DNA from: Candidatus Magasanikiibacteriota bacterium
GTDB taxonomy: Bacteria; Patescibacteriota; Patescibacteriia; Magasanikbacterales; GWA2-37-8
Assembly: GCA_017991415.1 (NCBI GenBank)
Contig: JAGOQR010000003.1
Span: forward strand, 108,279-172,278
Reading direction: 5' to 3'
DNA length: 64,000 bases
Shown: in pieces, positions 9,104 through 17,507 of the stretch
Position numbering within the stretch: the first letter of the stretch is position 1
Layout: every line of letters begins with the position of its first letter
Made by a program: the position numbers and the translations under genes
The notes under the pieces: model-generated
Databases searched by the model: none
What the model saw: the letters and a program-made list of their open reading frames with translations, nothing else
Told to the model about the DNA's origin: nothing

Positions 9104-10498
9104 TTATGTGAGATTCACGTATAGTTTCTGTTTTATTAACTCTATTTCTTGTTTTAGTTTTAAATCTTTTTCAGCATCAGTACTAATTTTATTATCAGCA
9201 TGCATAGCTGTGGTGTGATCTCTCCCGCCAAGTTCGTTACCTATCGCAGGGTAAGACATGTTAAGCTCTTTGCGCATAAGGTGCATGATAATTTGGCGTG
9301 GGTAAGAAAATTTTTTCTCTCGGCTTTGTCCAAGCAGGTCGGAGATGTTGATAGAAAAAAATTCACTGGCGGCTTCGATAATTTGTTGAGGGGTAACTGA
9401 TTTGTAGGTCGATCGTATTTCTGTGTTAGCAAGAAGAGATTTGATAGATTCTATAGTAGGTTCGGTATTTTTAAGTTGGTGGAGGGCGATAATTTTGTTG
9501 AGAGCGCCTTCTAGTTCGCGGATGTTGCGGTGAATAGTGGTGGCAACAATTTGTAAGATGTCTTGGGTAAGAGGAAAGTTTTTTTCTACACATTTTTTCT
9601 GTAAAATGGCAATGCGTGTCTCTAAGTCTGGAGGGGCAACATCCACTATCATTCCCCATTCAAAACGAGATTTTAAACGGTCTTCCAAAGCAGGGATAGC
9701 TTTGGGAGGTCGGTCGGAAGTCATTACTACCTGCTTGTTTTGTTGGTGAAGCTCGTTAAAGGTGTGAAAAAATGATTCCTGAGTCTTGTCTTTACCTGAA
9801 ATAAATTGAATATCGTCAATGAGAAGAATGTCGATATTGCGATATCTGTTTTGGAAGCTTTTAGCATTTCCGTCTCGTACCGAAGAGATGTAGTCGTTAG
9901 AGAATTTTTCAGCGCTTGCGTACATTATGTTGATGTTAGGCCTTGCCTTAAGAAGGTGGTTGCCAATTGCCTGTACAAGATGAGTTTTGCCCAAACCAAC
10001 GCCTCCGTATATAAAAAGAGGGTTATATGCTTCGCCTGGTTTGTTTACCACTGCTTGAGCAGCTGCATAGGCAAGTTCTGAACCTCCCCCAACCACAAAG
10101 GTTTCAAAAACGTATTTAGGGTTAAGTCCAAATTCTCCGACGCGTGGCGGTGGTTTTACTTCGTTAGAGGTAAAAACTGGAGAAAGTACAGGGGTTTCAG
10201 GGGGCCTGTCTTCGGTTTTGATTTCGGGGCTCTGTGGAGCTATGTTTTTAATGTTAAAGATTTTGTATTCTAGTTTTTTGATTGGTTTTTCGGTGACCCG
10301 TTCTAGGGATTTAACGATCATTTGGTTGTAGTTTTTTTCAAGCCAGGCACGGTAGAAATCATTAGGTACACACAAAACCACGCAATTGTCTTGGTAAGAA
10401 AGGATATCGGTGTTTCGAAACCAGGTAACAAAATTAGGTTTTGAAATTGAAAGCTCTAATTCGGCCAAGACTGCCTGCCATATTTCGTGGTTAGACAT
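9104..10498 (-). CDS. dnaA: Chromosomal replication initiator DnaA.
   Basis: AAA+ motif GGVGLGKTHL and C-terminal DNA-binding domain. 464 aa. Confidence 0.95.
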   Translation of the reverse strand: MSNHEIWQAVLAELELSISKPNFVTWFRNTDILSYQDNCVVLCVPNDFYRAWLEKNYNQMIVKSLERVTEKPIKKLEYKIFNIKNIAPQSPEIKTEDRPPETPVLSPVFTSNEVKPPPRVGEFGLNPKYVFETFVVGGGSELAYAAAQAVVNKPGEAYNPLFIYGGVGLGKTHLVQAIGNHLLKARPNINIMYASAEKFSNDYISSVRDGNAKSFQNRYRNIDILLIDDIQFISGKDKTQESFFHTFNELHQQNKQVVMTSDRPPKAIPALEDRLKSRFEWGMIVDVAPPDLETRIAILQKKCVEKNFPLTQDILQIVATTIHRNIRELEGALNKIIALHQLKNTEPTIESIKSLLANTEIRSTYKSVTPQQIIEAASEFFSINISDLLGQSREKKFSYPRQIIMHLMRKELNMSYPAIGNELGGRDHTTAMHADNKISTDAEKDLKLKQEIELIKQKLYVNLT

Positions 10499-10598
10499 AT
10501 TTGAAAAACCTTTATAATTAGCTTTTTCATAGTATCATAATAAGAAAAAATGACCAATAGTAGCCAAAATTCTGTAAGGGGAAAGACTGGGGACAAGA

Positions 10599-10607
10599 TG
10601 TGGACAA
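10599..10607. promoter_or_regulatory. DnaA-box-like TGTGGACAA (8/9) upstream of dnaA.
   Basis: 9-mer match in the dnaA/rpmH divergent region. Confidence 0.35.
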
Positions 10608-10680
10608 CCATGTTTACTTGACAATTCTCGAAATAACCTCTATAATTAGTTTACTAAACTTAAATACTTAATGATATTTT

Positions 10681-10860
10681 ATGGCAACAAAAAGAACCTA
10701 TCAACCTAAAAAAAGAAAGAGAGCAAAATCTCATGGTTTTCGTGCTAGAATGTCCACTAAAGGTGGTCGTGAAGTATTAAGTCGCAGACGGGCGAAAGGC
10801 AGAAAGAAATTAACTGTTTCGGATGAGCGAAAAGGAAAGAGAACAAGAAAAACACGCTAA
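10681..10860 (+). CDS. rpmH: 50S ribosomal protein L34. Below the ORF-track size cutoff, so not listed there. It carries a basic C-terminal extension.
   Basis: Translation [59 protein letters not shown] matches the L34 consensus over the first 44 residues. The rnpA-yidD operon position is classical. Confidence 0.85.
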   Translation: MATKRTYQPKKRKRAKSHGFRARMSTKGGREVLSRRRAKGRKKLTVSDERKGKRTRKTR

Positions 10861-10875
10861 AGTTATCTCTTAGAC

Positions 10876-10900
10876 AAAACCCGCTGAAAAGCGGGTTTTG
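10876..10900 (+). terminator. Intrinsic terminator (ACCCGC..GCGGGT hairpin plus TTTT).
   Basis: Inverted repeat after the rpmH stop. Confidence 0.5.
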
Positions 10901-10918
10901 TGATATAATATTACTGTT

Positions 10919-11311
10919 ATGTTTCAGCAAGAAAACAGGCTTAGAAAGATTCGGGATTTTAATTTGATTATGAAGCACGGCCAATGGATAAACGGCCAGT
11001 TTTTAGATATGAAGTATCTAGAGTTGGCAAAAAATCAAAACTTTTTTCCTAAAAAAGAAGATCCAGAAAGTTTTAAAAAACAGCTAAAACTAGCCATATC
11101 TATAAGTTTAAAAATAAGTAAAAGTGCAGTAAAGCGTAATCGTGTAAAACGACAAATACGGGAAGTGCTTCGACTGTTAATCAGAGATGGTCTGGTAAAA
11201 ACAGGATACTATGTTTTAGTAATTGCGAAAAAAGGTGTTTTAGACAAAGAGTATGCTGAAATTAGCCAAGAAATAAAACTTTTATTACAAAGAGGAAAAA
11301 TTTTAAATTAA
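10919..11311 (+). CDS. rnpA: RNase P protein component.
   Basis: RNR motif KSAVKRNRVKRQIRE. 130 aa. Downstream of rpmH. Confidence 0.85.
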   Translation: MFQQENRLRKIRDFNLIMKHGQWINGQFLDMKYLELAKNQNFFPKKEDPESFKKQLKLAISISLKISKSAVKRNRVKRQIREVLRLLIRDGLVKTGYYVLVIAKKGVLDKEYAEISQEIKLLLQRGKILN

Positions 11312-11381
11312 GTTCTGTGTAGATTTTGTGTTTAAGATGGTGCCCTAATTGTTTTGAAAAAGGGTAAGAAAAATTTATTCT

Positions 11382-11648
11382 ATGAAGTTAAAAAAAATAT
11401 TAAATTTTCTCTTATCTCTGCCAAGAAAACCTGTTTTATTATTAATTATAATATATCAAAAAACCATTTCTCCAGACCACGGTCCCTTTAAATTTTTATT
11501 CCCTCATGGCTATTGTAAGTACTATCCTACGTGCAGTGAGTATGGACGTCAGGCTATAGAAAAAGGCTTAGTTAAGGGCTTATTTAAAACTATATGGAGA
11601 ATTATTCGTTGTAATCCGTGGAGTCAAGGCGGTGTCGACCTTCCGTAG
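11382..11648 (+). CDS. yidD: Membrane protein insertion efficiency factor YidD.
   Basis: YYPTCSEY motif. 88 aa. Downstream of rnpA. Confidence 0.85.
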   Translation: MKLKKILNFLLSLPRKPVLLLIIIYQKTISPDHGPFKFLFPHGYCKYYPTCSEYGRQAIEKGLVKGLFKTIWRIIRCNPWSQGGVDLP

Positions 11649-11699
11649 TTGGTTTGTAGTTTGTAGGTGGGTGTAAGAACGTTGTGGAATAAATAATTA

Positions 11700-11732
11700 T
11701 TAAAAAAAGACCTAAGGTTAGGTCTTTTTTTA
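11700..11732. terminator. Bidirectional terminator (AGACCT..AGGTCT hairpin flanked by A-run and T-run).
   Basis: Inverted repeat with a poly-A/poly-T context. Confidence 0.55.
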
Positions 11733-11740
11733 ATTTATTT

Positions 11741-12220
11741 TTAGAGCGATACATCTAGTCCGCCACTTGGATCACGAGGGATAGATGGTGGACGAGAAGG
11801 GCTGGTTTCGTCTTCCATGACCTGGCTACTGCCAGCTGCTGATTCTCGTGGAGGGGTTGATGAGCTGCTTGAAGCAGAAGGGTTTGTTTCGCTTAGAACG
11901 TCTGGTGCGGTTGTGTCTCGAGGAATTGTAGAAGTAGAAGCTTGGGTAGGGTTGGTTGAGGATGGATTGTTTGACTCTGAATTAGGAGTGGGAGAGGTTT
12001 CGTTCTGAGGCAGGCTCGTTTGTTGGTTGTCCGAGGAGTTGCCTGTTTGGTTGGTAGCTTCGTTGTTTGGTAAGCCTTTTGTTTTAGGTTTAAGAAGTGT
12101 ATGGGAAATTGTAGCAAAGACTAGCGCTCCTAAAATTAGACATAATATACCAATAACAGCGCCTCTAGTTTTGTAGTAGTTCCAGTTGTTTGGGTTAGGA
12201 GTGGGTGCGGTTGGTGGCAT
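11741..12220 (-). CDS. Hypothetical single-pass membrane protein with a long Ser/Thr/Pro/Asn-rich low-complexity tail.
   Basis: N-terminal TM (IGILCLILGALVFATI) followed by about 110 aa of S/T/P/N-rich sequence. No recognisable domain. Confidence 0.4.
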   Translation of the reverse strand: MPPTAPTPNPNNWNYYKTRGAVIGILCLILGALVFATISHTLLKPKTKGLPNNEATNQTGNSSDNQQTSLPQNETSPTPNSESNNPSSTNPTQASTSTIPRDTTAPDVLSETNPSASSSSSTPPRESAAGSSQVMEDETSPSRPPSIPRDPSGGLDVSL

Positions 12221-12325
12221 ATAAAATTTTTTAATAAAAATTACCTATAAATTATAGTTTATTTCTATTAAAAAAACAACGAGGCTGGCTGTGCACCTAA
12301 CCTCGCATGTCCTTTCAATAGAAAA

Positions 12326-13642
12326 TTATTTTTTATCGGCAGTATCTTTGGTATCTTTTTTACTTCCCACAATCTTCTCTTTCAAGAAAGTCATCACTTT
12401 TCTGTTTTGTATAGTTAAAGCAAGAGTATCAAGTACCTCTGGTTTTTTGAGATTTTCTTCTACGTTTTTATTATCTGGATAGGCAGCTTTAATTTGTTTT
12501 ACCTCTGCGTCAATGTCAGCTTTCTCTGCTTTGATATTATTATCCAATGCAACTTGGCGAGAGATGAGCGCAGCCTTTACTCTGCGGAGGGCCTGTTCAG
12601 TAAAGTCCTTAAATATGTCTCCTTCTGTTTTTTTGAGATCTTTTAGATATTTTTCCATTTCAATTCCCTGGTTGGCCAAACTATATTTAAGTTCATTGAA
12701 GATTTTTTGTTTCTCGGCATTTATAAGAACATCGGGAACTTCAGAAATCTCACTGGCCTCAATCATTTGATCTAAAATTTCTATTTCAATTTTTTGGTCG
12801 TCTTTGTGTTTTGCTTCCTCGGATAAATTAGTTTTAATGATTAGCTTTAGACCTTCCAGACTTTCTTGGCCGATAGATTTGGCAAATTCATCATTTATGT
12901 CGGGGTGTTGTAACTCAAAAACATCATTTACTTTTACTTTGAAATCTATATCTTTTCCAGCCAAGTGTTTTTGGTAATGATCCTTAGGAAACTTTAAAGA
13001 AAACTCTTTGGCATCATCTTTTTTGAGACCAATTAACTGCTCGGCAAGGCCTGGGATATAATGAGGTTCGTTTAAGTATACTTGATGATTAGGAGCTTGT
13101 CCGCCTTCGACAGGTACTTTATCTGCAAACATTTCCATGTTTATAACAAGTTTGTCATCCTTGGTTGAAGCGCCGTTTTTTAAGATTTCTTTAGTCTGCA
13201 TCTTTTTAAGATCGTTTAACACAGTCTCAACTTCTGCTTCGGTAACTTCTTTAGATTGGTGTTTTACCTTTACTTTAGACATGTCGCCAAGTTTTATTAC
13301 TGGCAACAGAGCTACAGTGGCGGTAAATACCAAATCATTTCCTGGAGCGATTTTAGTAATAGTAATTTGTGGCATGCCAACGGTATCAAGCTTAGCTTCT
13401 TTGGCAGCGTTAAAAAAGTTTTTTTCTACGATTGGTTGCATGGCTTCTTCGATTATTCTAATCTCCCCTACCTGCTGCTTAACCATTTCGTAGGGAGCTT
13501 TTCCAGCACGAAAACCTTTGATGGCAGCGCGTTCCGAAATACGGATAGCGGCAGCCTCAAGATCTTTCTTATAATCTTTTGGTTCTACTGTAATGGTAAG
13601 TTCGACTTGGGATTTATCTAGAGTTTTAGCTTCGTATTTCAT
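12326..13642 (-). CDS. tig: Trigger factor.
   Basis: 438 aa. N-terminal ribosome-binding region (GFRAGKAP), central PPIase-like region and C-terminal arm. Confidence 0.85.
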   Translation of the reverse strand: MKYEAKTLDKSQVELTITVEPKDYKKDLEAAAIRISERAAIKGFRAGKAPYEMVKQQVGEIRIIEEAMQPIVEKNFFNAAKEAKLDTVGMPQITITKIAPGNDLVFTATVALLPVIKLGDMSKVKVKHQSKEVTEAEVETVLNDLKKMQTKEILKNGASTKDDKLVINMEMFADKVPVEGGQAPNHQVYLNEPHYIPGLAEQLIGLKKDDAKEFSLKFPKDHYQKHLAGKDIDFKVKVNDVFELQHPDINDEFAKSIGQESLEGLKLIIKTNLSEEAKHKDDQKIEIEILDQMIEASEISEVPDVLINAEKQKIFNELKYSLANQGIEMEKYLKDLKKTEGDIFKDFTEQALRRVKAALISRQVALDNNIKAEKADIDAEVKQIKAAYPDNKNVEENLKKPEVLDTLALTIQNRKVMTFLKEKIVGSKKDTKDTADKK

Positions 13643-13799
13643 ACGTATTTTTTAACAAAAATAAAGGTAAATTATTGGGTGATTTTAGCCTAGTTTTGGT
13701 AAAACGTCAAGGTAAGCACGGTTCCGTCATTTGGGTTAAAGCCACCTCTAAAATAAAAAGAAGACTACGGATAAGCAGCCTTCTTTTTATTTAGAAGTC

Positions 13800-15785
13800 T
13801 TATTTAATGAGTAATCCTACAATGAGTAAAGCCACGATATTTGCTACTTTAATCATTGGGTTAATGGCAGGGCCAGCTGTATCTTTATATGGGTCGCCAA
13901 CGGTATCTCCAGTAACTGCAGCTTGATGTGCAAAGGATCCTTTACCGCCGTAGTTTCCTTTTTCAATATATTTTTTGGCGTTATCCCAAGCACCACCACC
14001 AGTTGTCATAGAAATAGCTACAAATAAACCAGTAATAATTGTGCCGAGCAATAATCCACCCAAAGCCTCAATTCCTAAAATAAATCCTACAAGCACAGGA
14101 GCAAGAACTGGAATAGCTGCAGGCAAAATCATTTGATTAATTGCTCCTTTAGTAACGATGTCAACAGCCTTACCATAATCTGGTTTATTGGTGCGTTCCA
14201 TGATACCTGGAATTTCTCTAAATTGTCTACGAACTTCTTCTACTACTTTTCCTGCCACCTTACCAACAGATTCCATAAGCATTGCGCCGAAAAGATATGG
14301 CAATAAACCACCAATAAATAATCCCGCCAAAACCTTCGGGTCATTGATAAGGAATTCAATAGATTCAGGAAGTTTGTGGGTAAAGTCTGCAAAAAGAACT
14401 AAGGAAGCTAGGCCTGCACTCGCGATAGCATAGCCCTTTGTTACTGCTTTGGTGGTATTACCAACAGCGTCTAATTTGTCAGTAATTTCACGAACGTTTT
14501 CTGGAAGTTCGCTCATTTCAGCAATTCCACCCGCGTTATCTGTAATCGGACCATATGCGTCGATAGTAACGATGATTCCAGCAAGAGAAAGCATGCTCAT
14601 AGCTGCAATAGCCACACCGTATAATCCAGCTAGCCAGTAAGTGCCCAAAATTGAAGCGACAATAAATAATACAGGCCAAGCGGTTGATCTCATTGATACT
14701 GCAAGTCCAGCAATAACATTGGTGCCGTGACCAGTTTCACTCGCTTTGGCAATTTGTTTTACAGGAGCGTATTCAGTAGAGGTATAGTATTCAGTAATCC
14801 ATACCATAATGGCTGCAAGCGCTAAACCAACAACGGAAGAAGCATAAATTTTATTAACATCGTATCCTACCAAATCACTCATAAGCCATTTGGTAACAGG
14901 GTAAAATGCGATTAAGGCAAAAACACCAGAAGCAGCTAGTCCTTTATATAAGGATTGCATGATGTTTTGTTTTTTACCTAATCGAATAAAGAATGTTCCA
15001 GCGATAGAAGCAATAATAGAAACACCGCCAAGTACCAAAGGGTAAATAACTGCCTTCTCGTTGCCTGTAAAGAGCAGTCCGCTCAGAACCATAGTAGCAA
15101 TAGCAGTCACCGCATATGTTTCAAAAAGGTCTGCAGCCATACCTGCGCAGTCACCAACATTGTCACCAACATTGTCTGCAATTACAGCTGGGTTGCGAGG
15201 ATCGTCTTCTGGAATTCCTTTTTCTACTTTACCAACGAGGTCTGCACCCACGTCAGCAGCTTTGGTAAAAATTCCGCCGCCAATTCTGGCAAAGACTGAA
15301 ATCAAACTGCCGCCGAAAGCCAAACCAATAAGTGCAGATAAATCTTTTGTGATTGCATAAAAACCAGCTACTCCCAAAAGTCCAAGCCCAACCACCATAA
15401 GTCCAGTGATAGACCCTCCACGTACAGCCACATTTAAAGCTTCTTTCATGCCTCTTTTAGCAGCTTCAGCAGTTTTAATGTTTGCTCGTACAGAAACATT
15501 CATACCAATGATACCTGCCAGTCCAGAAAGCACTGCTCCAACCATGAAGCCGATAGCAGTAAGCCAGTTAATACCTAGGCCTAATAATACAAAGACAATG
15601 AGAGCCACTATAGCAATAGTTTTATATTGTCTGCCAAGATATGCGTTTGCGCCTTCTTGGATAGCTTTAGCAATCGCTTTCATGCGATCATCTCCAGCTG
15701 GCTGTTTGTTTATCCAGGTAATTAAAATTACCCCATATAGTATTGCAAGCACTGCTGGCAATATTGCGTAGAGAAATACTGTCAT
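13800..15785 (-). CDS. hppA: Membrane-bound proton- or sodium-translocating pyrophosphatase.
   Basis: 661 aa, polytopic. Canonical motifs [11 protein letters not shown] and [21 protein letters not shown]. Confidence 0.9.
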   Translation of the reverse strand: MTVFLYAILPAVLAILYGVILITWINKQPAGDDRMKAIAKAIQEGANAYLGRQYKTIAIVALIVFVLLGLGINWLTAIGFMVGAVLSGLAGIIGMNVSVRANIKTAEAAKRGMKEALNVAVRGGSITGLMVVGLGLLGVAGFYAITKDLSALIGLAFGGSLISVFARIGGGIFTKAADVGADLVGKVEKGIPEDDPRNPAVIADNVGDNVGDCAGMAADLFETYAVTAIATMVLSGLLFTGNEKAVIYPLVLGGVSIIASIAGTFFIRLGKKQNIMQSLYKGLAASGVFALIAFYPVTKWLMSDLVGYDVNKIYASSVVGLALAAIMVWITEYYTSTEYAPVKQIAKASETGHGTNVIAGLAVSMRSTAWPVLFIVASILGTYWLAGLYGVAIAAMSMLSLAGIIVTIDAYGPITDNAGGIAEMSELPENVREITDKLDAVGNTTKAVTKGYAIASAGLASLVLFADFTHKLPESIEFLINDPKVLAGLFIGGLLPYLFGAMLMESVGKVAGKVVEEVRRQFREIPGIMERTNKPDYGKAVDIVTKGAINQMILPAAIPVLAPVLVGFILGIEALGGLLLGTIITGLFVAISMTTGGGAWDNAKKYIEKGNYGGKGSFAHQAAVTGDTVGDPYKDTAGPAINPMIKVANIVALLIVGLLIK

Positions 15786-15921
15786 ATATTTGTCTTAATT
15801 TAAGACTTAAGTTAATTAAAAGTATGGTAATTCTTCCTGCATATAAAAGACAGGGAGATGGTTGTTTTAATCAATATGATATGTTAAGATAGCTTTCACG
15901 TCAACCCCGCCCAGCGAACCA

Positions 15922-15962
15922 GGGATTTTGCTAAGATTAGTCACTAATCTTAGCAAAATCCC
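15922..15962. promoter_or_regulatory. Perfect 19-bp inverted repeat (GGGATTTTGCTAAGATTAG-TCA-CTAATCTTAGCAAAATCCC) in the divergent hppA / M23-peptidase promoter region.
   Basis: Exact reverse-complement arms 15922-15940 and 15944-15962. No flanking T-run, so it is not a canonical terminator. Confidence 0.6.
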
Positions 15963-15972
15963 TTAAAAAACT

Positions 15973-17286
15973 ATGCGGTATAAAATTTTGCTCAAAACAC
16001 TGAAAGTTCTGATATATGCAAAAAGACTTTTTTGGTGGTCTGCTACCAGAACTTTTTTTGTTTTAGGCAAAATACTGTCGCCAGGATGGCGGTTTTTTGG
16101 CTTTATTTACTATAAAACTAGCTATTTATATAAAAAAATAGCTACTGTAAGTGGTTTTGATGACCAGCTCGTTAAAAGGGACAATTTACAGGCCGTAGTT
16201 TTTCTAGTTTTGTTTGTTATAGCTTTACCCCAGACAAAGTTGTATGCTAAAAAAGAGACTGCTTTACCAGGACAGCTTACTCTGGCCTATTCTCTTACTC
16301 CTGCAGATCAAGATTATAGTATAGAAGAGGTCGCAGCAGTTTTAGGGTCAGATGCAGATAATATAGTACCTGCAGCCTGGAAAACTGGTGTAATAAGCCA
16401 AGATCAGTTTGTAGGTGTGGTACCAGGAGATGTGGAGTTGGGAGGCGTGGTGGCTGGGGGTAATGCCCTTTCGAAACCTATTATTTTCCCTGGAGCAGCA
16501 GTGAGTGGAAGTCGCAATAAGACCATAGAATACGTAGTGCAAGCGGGTGATTCTTTAGGGGCAATTGCTGCAAGGTTCCAAATTAGTGTAGCGACCATTT
16601 TATGGGAAAATAATTTGGGGGTTAACTCGTATCTTCATCCTGGTGATAAATTAAGAATTTTGCCAGTAAGTGGTTTGGTACACACTATAAAGAAGGGTGA
16701 TACTCTAAAAAAGATTGCTACATTATACACTGCCACAGTAGAAGAGATTGTTAAATTTAACAAACTTAAATCTGATGGATCCGATCTGGTAATCGGAGAA
16801 AAGATAATGGTGCCAAATGGTGTAAAATTTGCAGTCAGCACACCTGTAGCTACTTCGCGTAACATAGCAAAAGTTGCAACACCACCTTCGTCTAAACAAG
16901 TACCAACAGTTTCTGGCTATATTTGGCCAACTGCCGTTCGGCTTATTACGCAGTACTTTACTTGGCAGCATCATGGTATTGATGTAGCTGGCGGAAGCTT
17001 CTCTACTCCAAATTATGCCGCTAAAGCTGGTGTCGTAGAAAAATCACAATGTGGTTGGAATTCAGGCTATGGCTGTGTAGTTATTATCGACCACGGCGGA
17101 GGTATAAAAACACTGTACGGCCATAATTCAAAATTGTTAGTGAGTGCCGGTGAGCGAGTGGAAGCTGGTCAAACCATCGGTTTGATGGGAAATACAGGAA
17201 ATGTACGAGGTCGTACGGGTATCCATTTGCACTTTGAAGTATGGGTAAACGGTGTTCGTACCAATCCGTTTAAGTTTGTAAAATAA
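15973..17286 (+). CDS. Membrane-anchored peptidoglycan hydrolase with two LysM domains and a C-terminal M23 peptidase domain.
   Basis: LysM-like GDSLGAIAARF and GDTLKKIATLY. M23 motifs HHGIDVAG and GIHLHFEV. Confidence 0.8.
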   Translation: MRYKILLKTLKVLIYAKRLFWWSATRTFFVLGKILSPGWRFFGFIYYKTSYLYKKIATVSGFDDQLVKRDNLQAVVFLVLFVIALPQTKLYAKKETALPGQLTLAYSLTPADQDYSIEEVAAVLGSDADNIVPAAWKTGVISQDQFVGVVPGDVELGGVVAGGNALSKPIIFPGAAVSGSRNKTIEYVVQAGDSLGAIAARFQISVATILWENNLGVNSYLHPGDKLRILPVSGLVHTIKKGDTLKKIATLYTATVEEIVKFNKLKSDGSDLVIGEKIMVPNGVKFAVSTPVATSRNIAKVATPPSSKQVPTVSGYIWPTAVRLITQYFTWQHHGIDVAGGSFSTPNYAAKAGVVEKSQCGWNSGYGCVVIIDHGGGIKTLYGHNSKLLVSAGERVEAGQTIGLMGNTGNVRGRTGIHLHFEVWVNGVRTNPFKFVK

Positions 17287-17351
17287 CTGATGGGTAAAAT
17301 GTAGGGTTGAAAAAATAACGGCGAAGTGGTATTGTTTTATCACTTCGATCT

Positions 17352-17425
<74 letters not shown>

Positions 17426-17507
17426 AATTTAAAACTCCCGACCAATTTTTTCTTGCCCAAATTTTTTTTGAGGCGTATTATACGTATCGTACGTATAAAT
17501 TTTAGTT

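Noticed and set aside
9200-10081. Several 60-90-aa ORFs overlapping dnaA on both strands
   Set aside because: They are fully contained in the well-supported dnaA reading frame region. No independent signals.
15150-15185. Apparent tandem 12-nt duplication giving DNVGDNVGD in the pyrophosphatase
   Set aside because: DNVGDNVGD is the canonical conserved acidic motif of membrane H+-PPases, not a recent slippage event.
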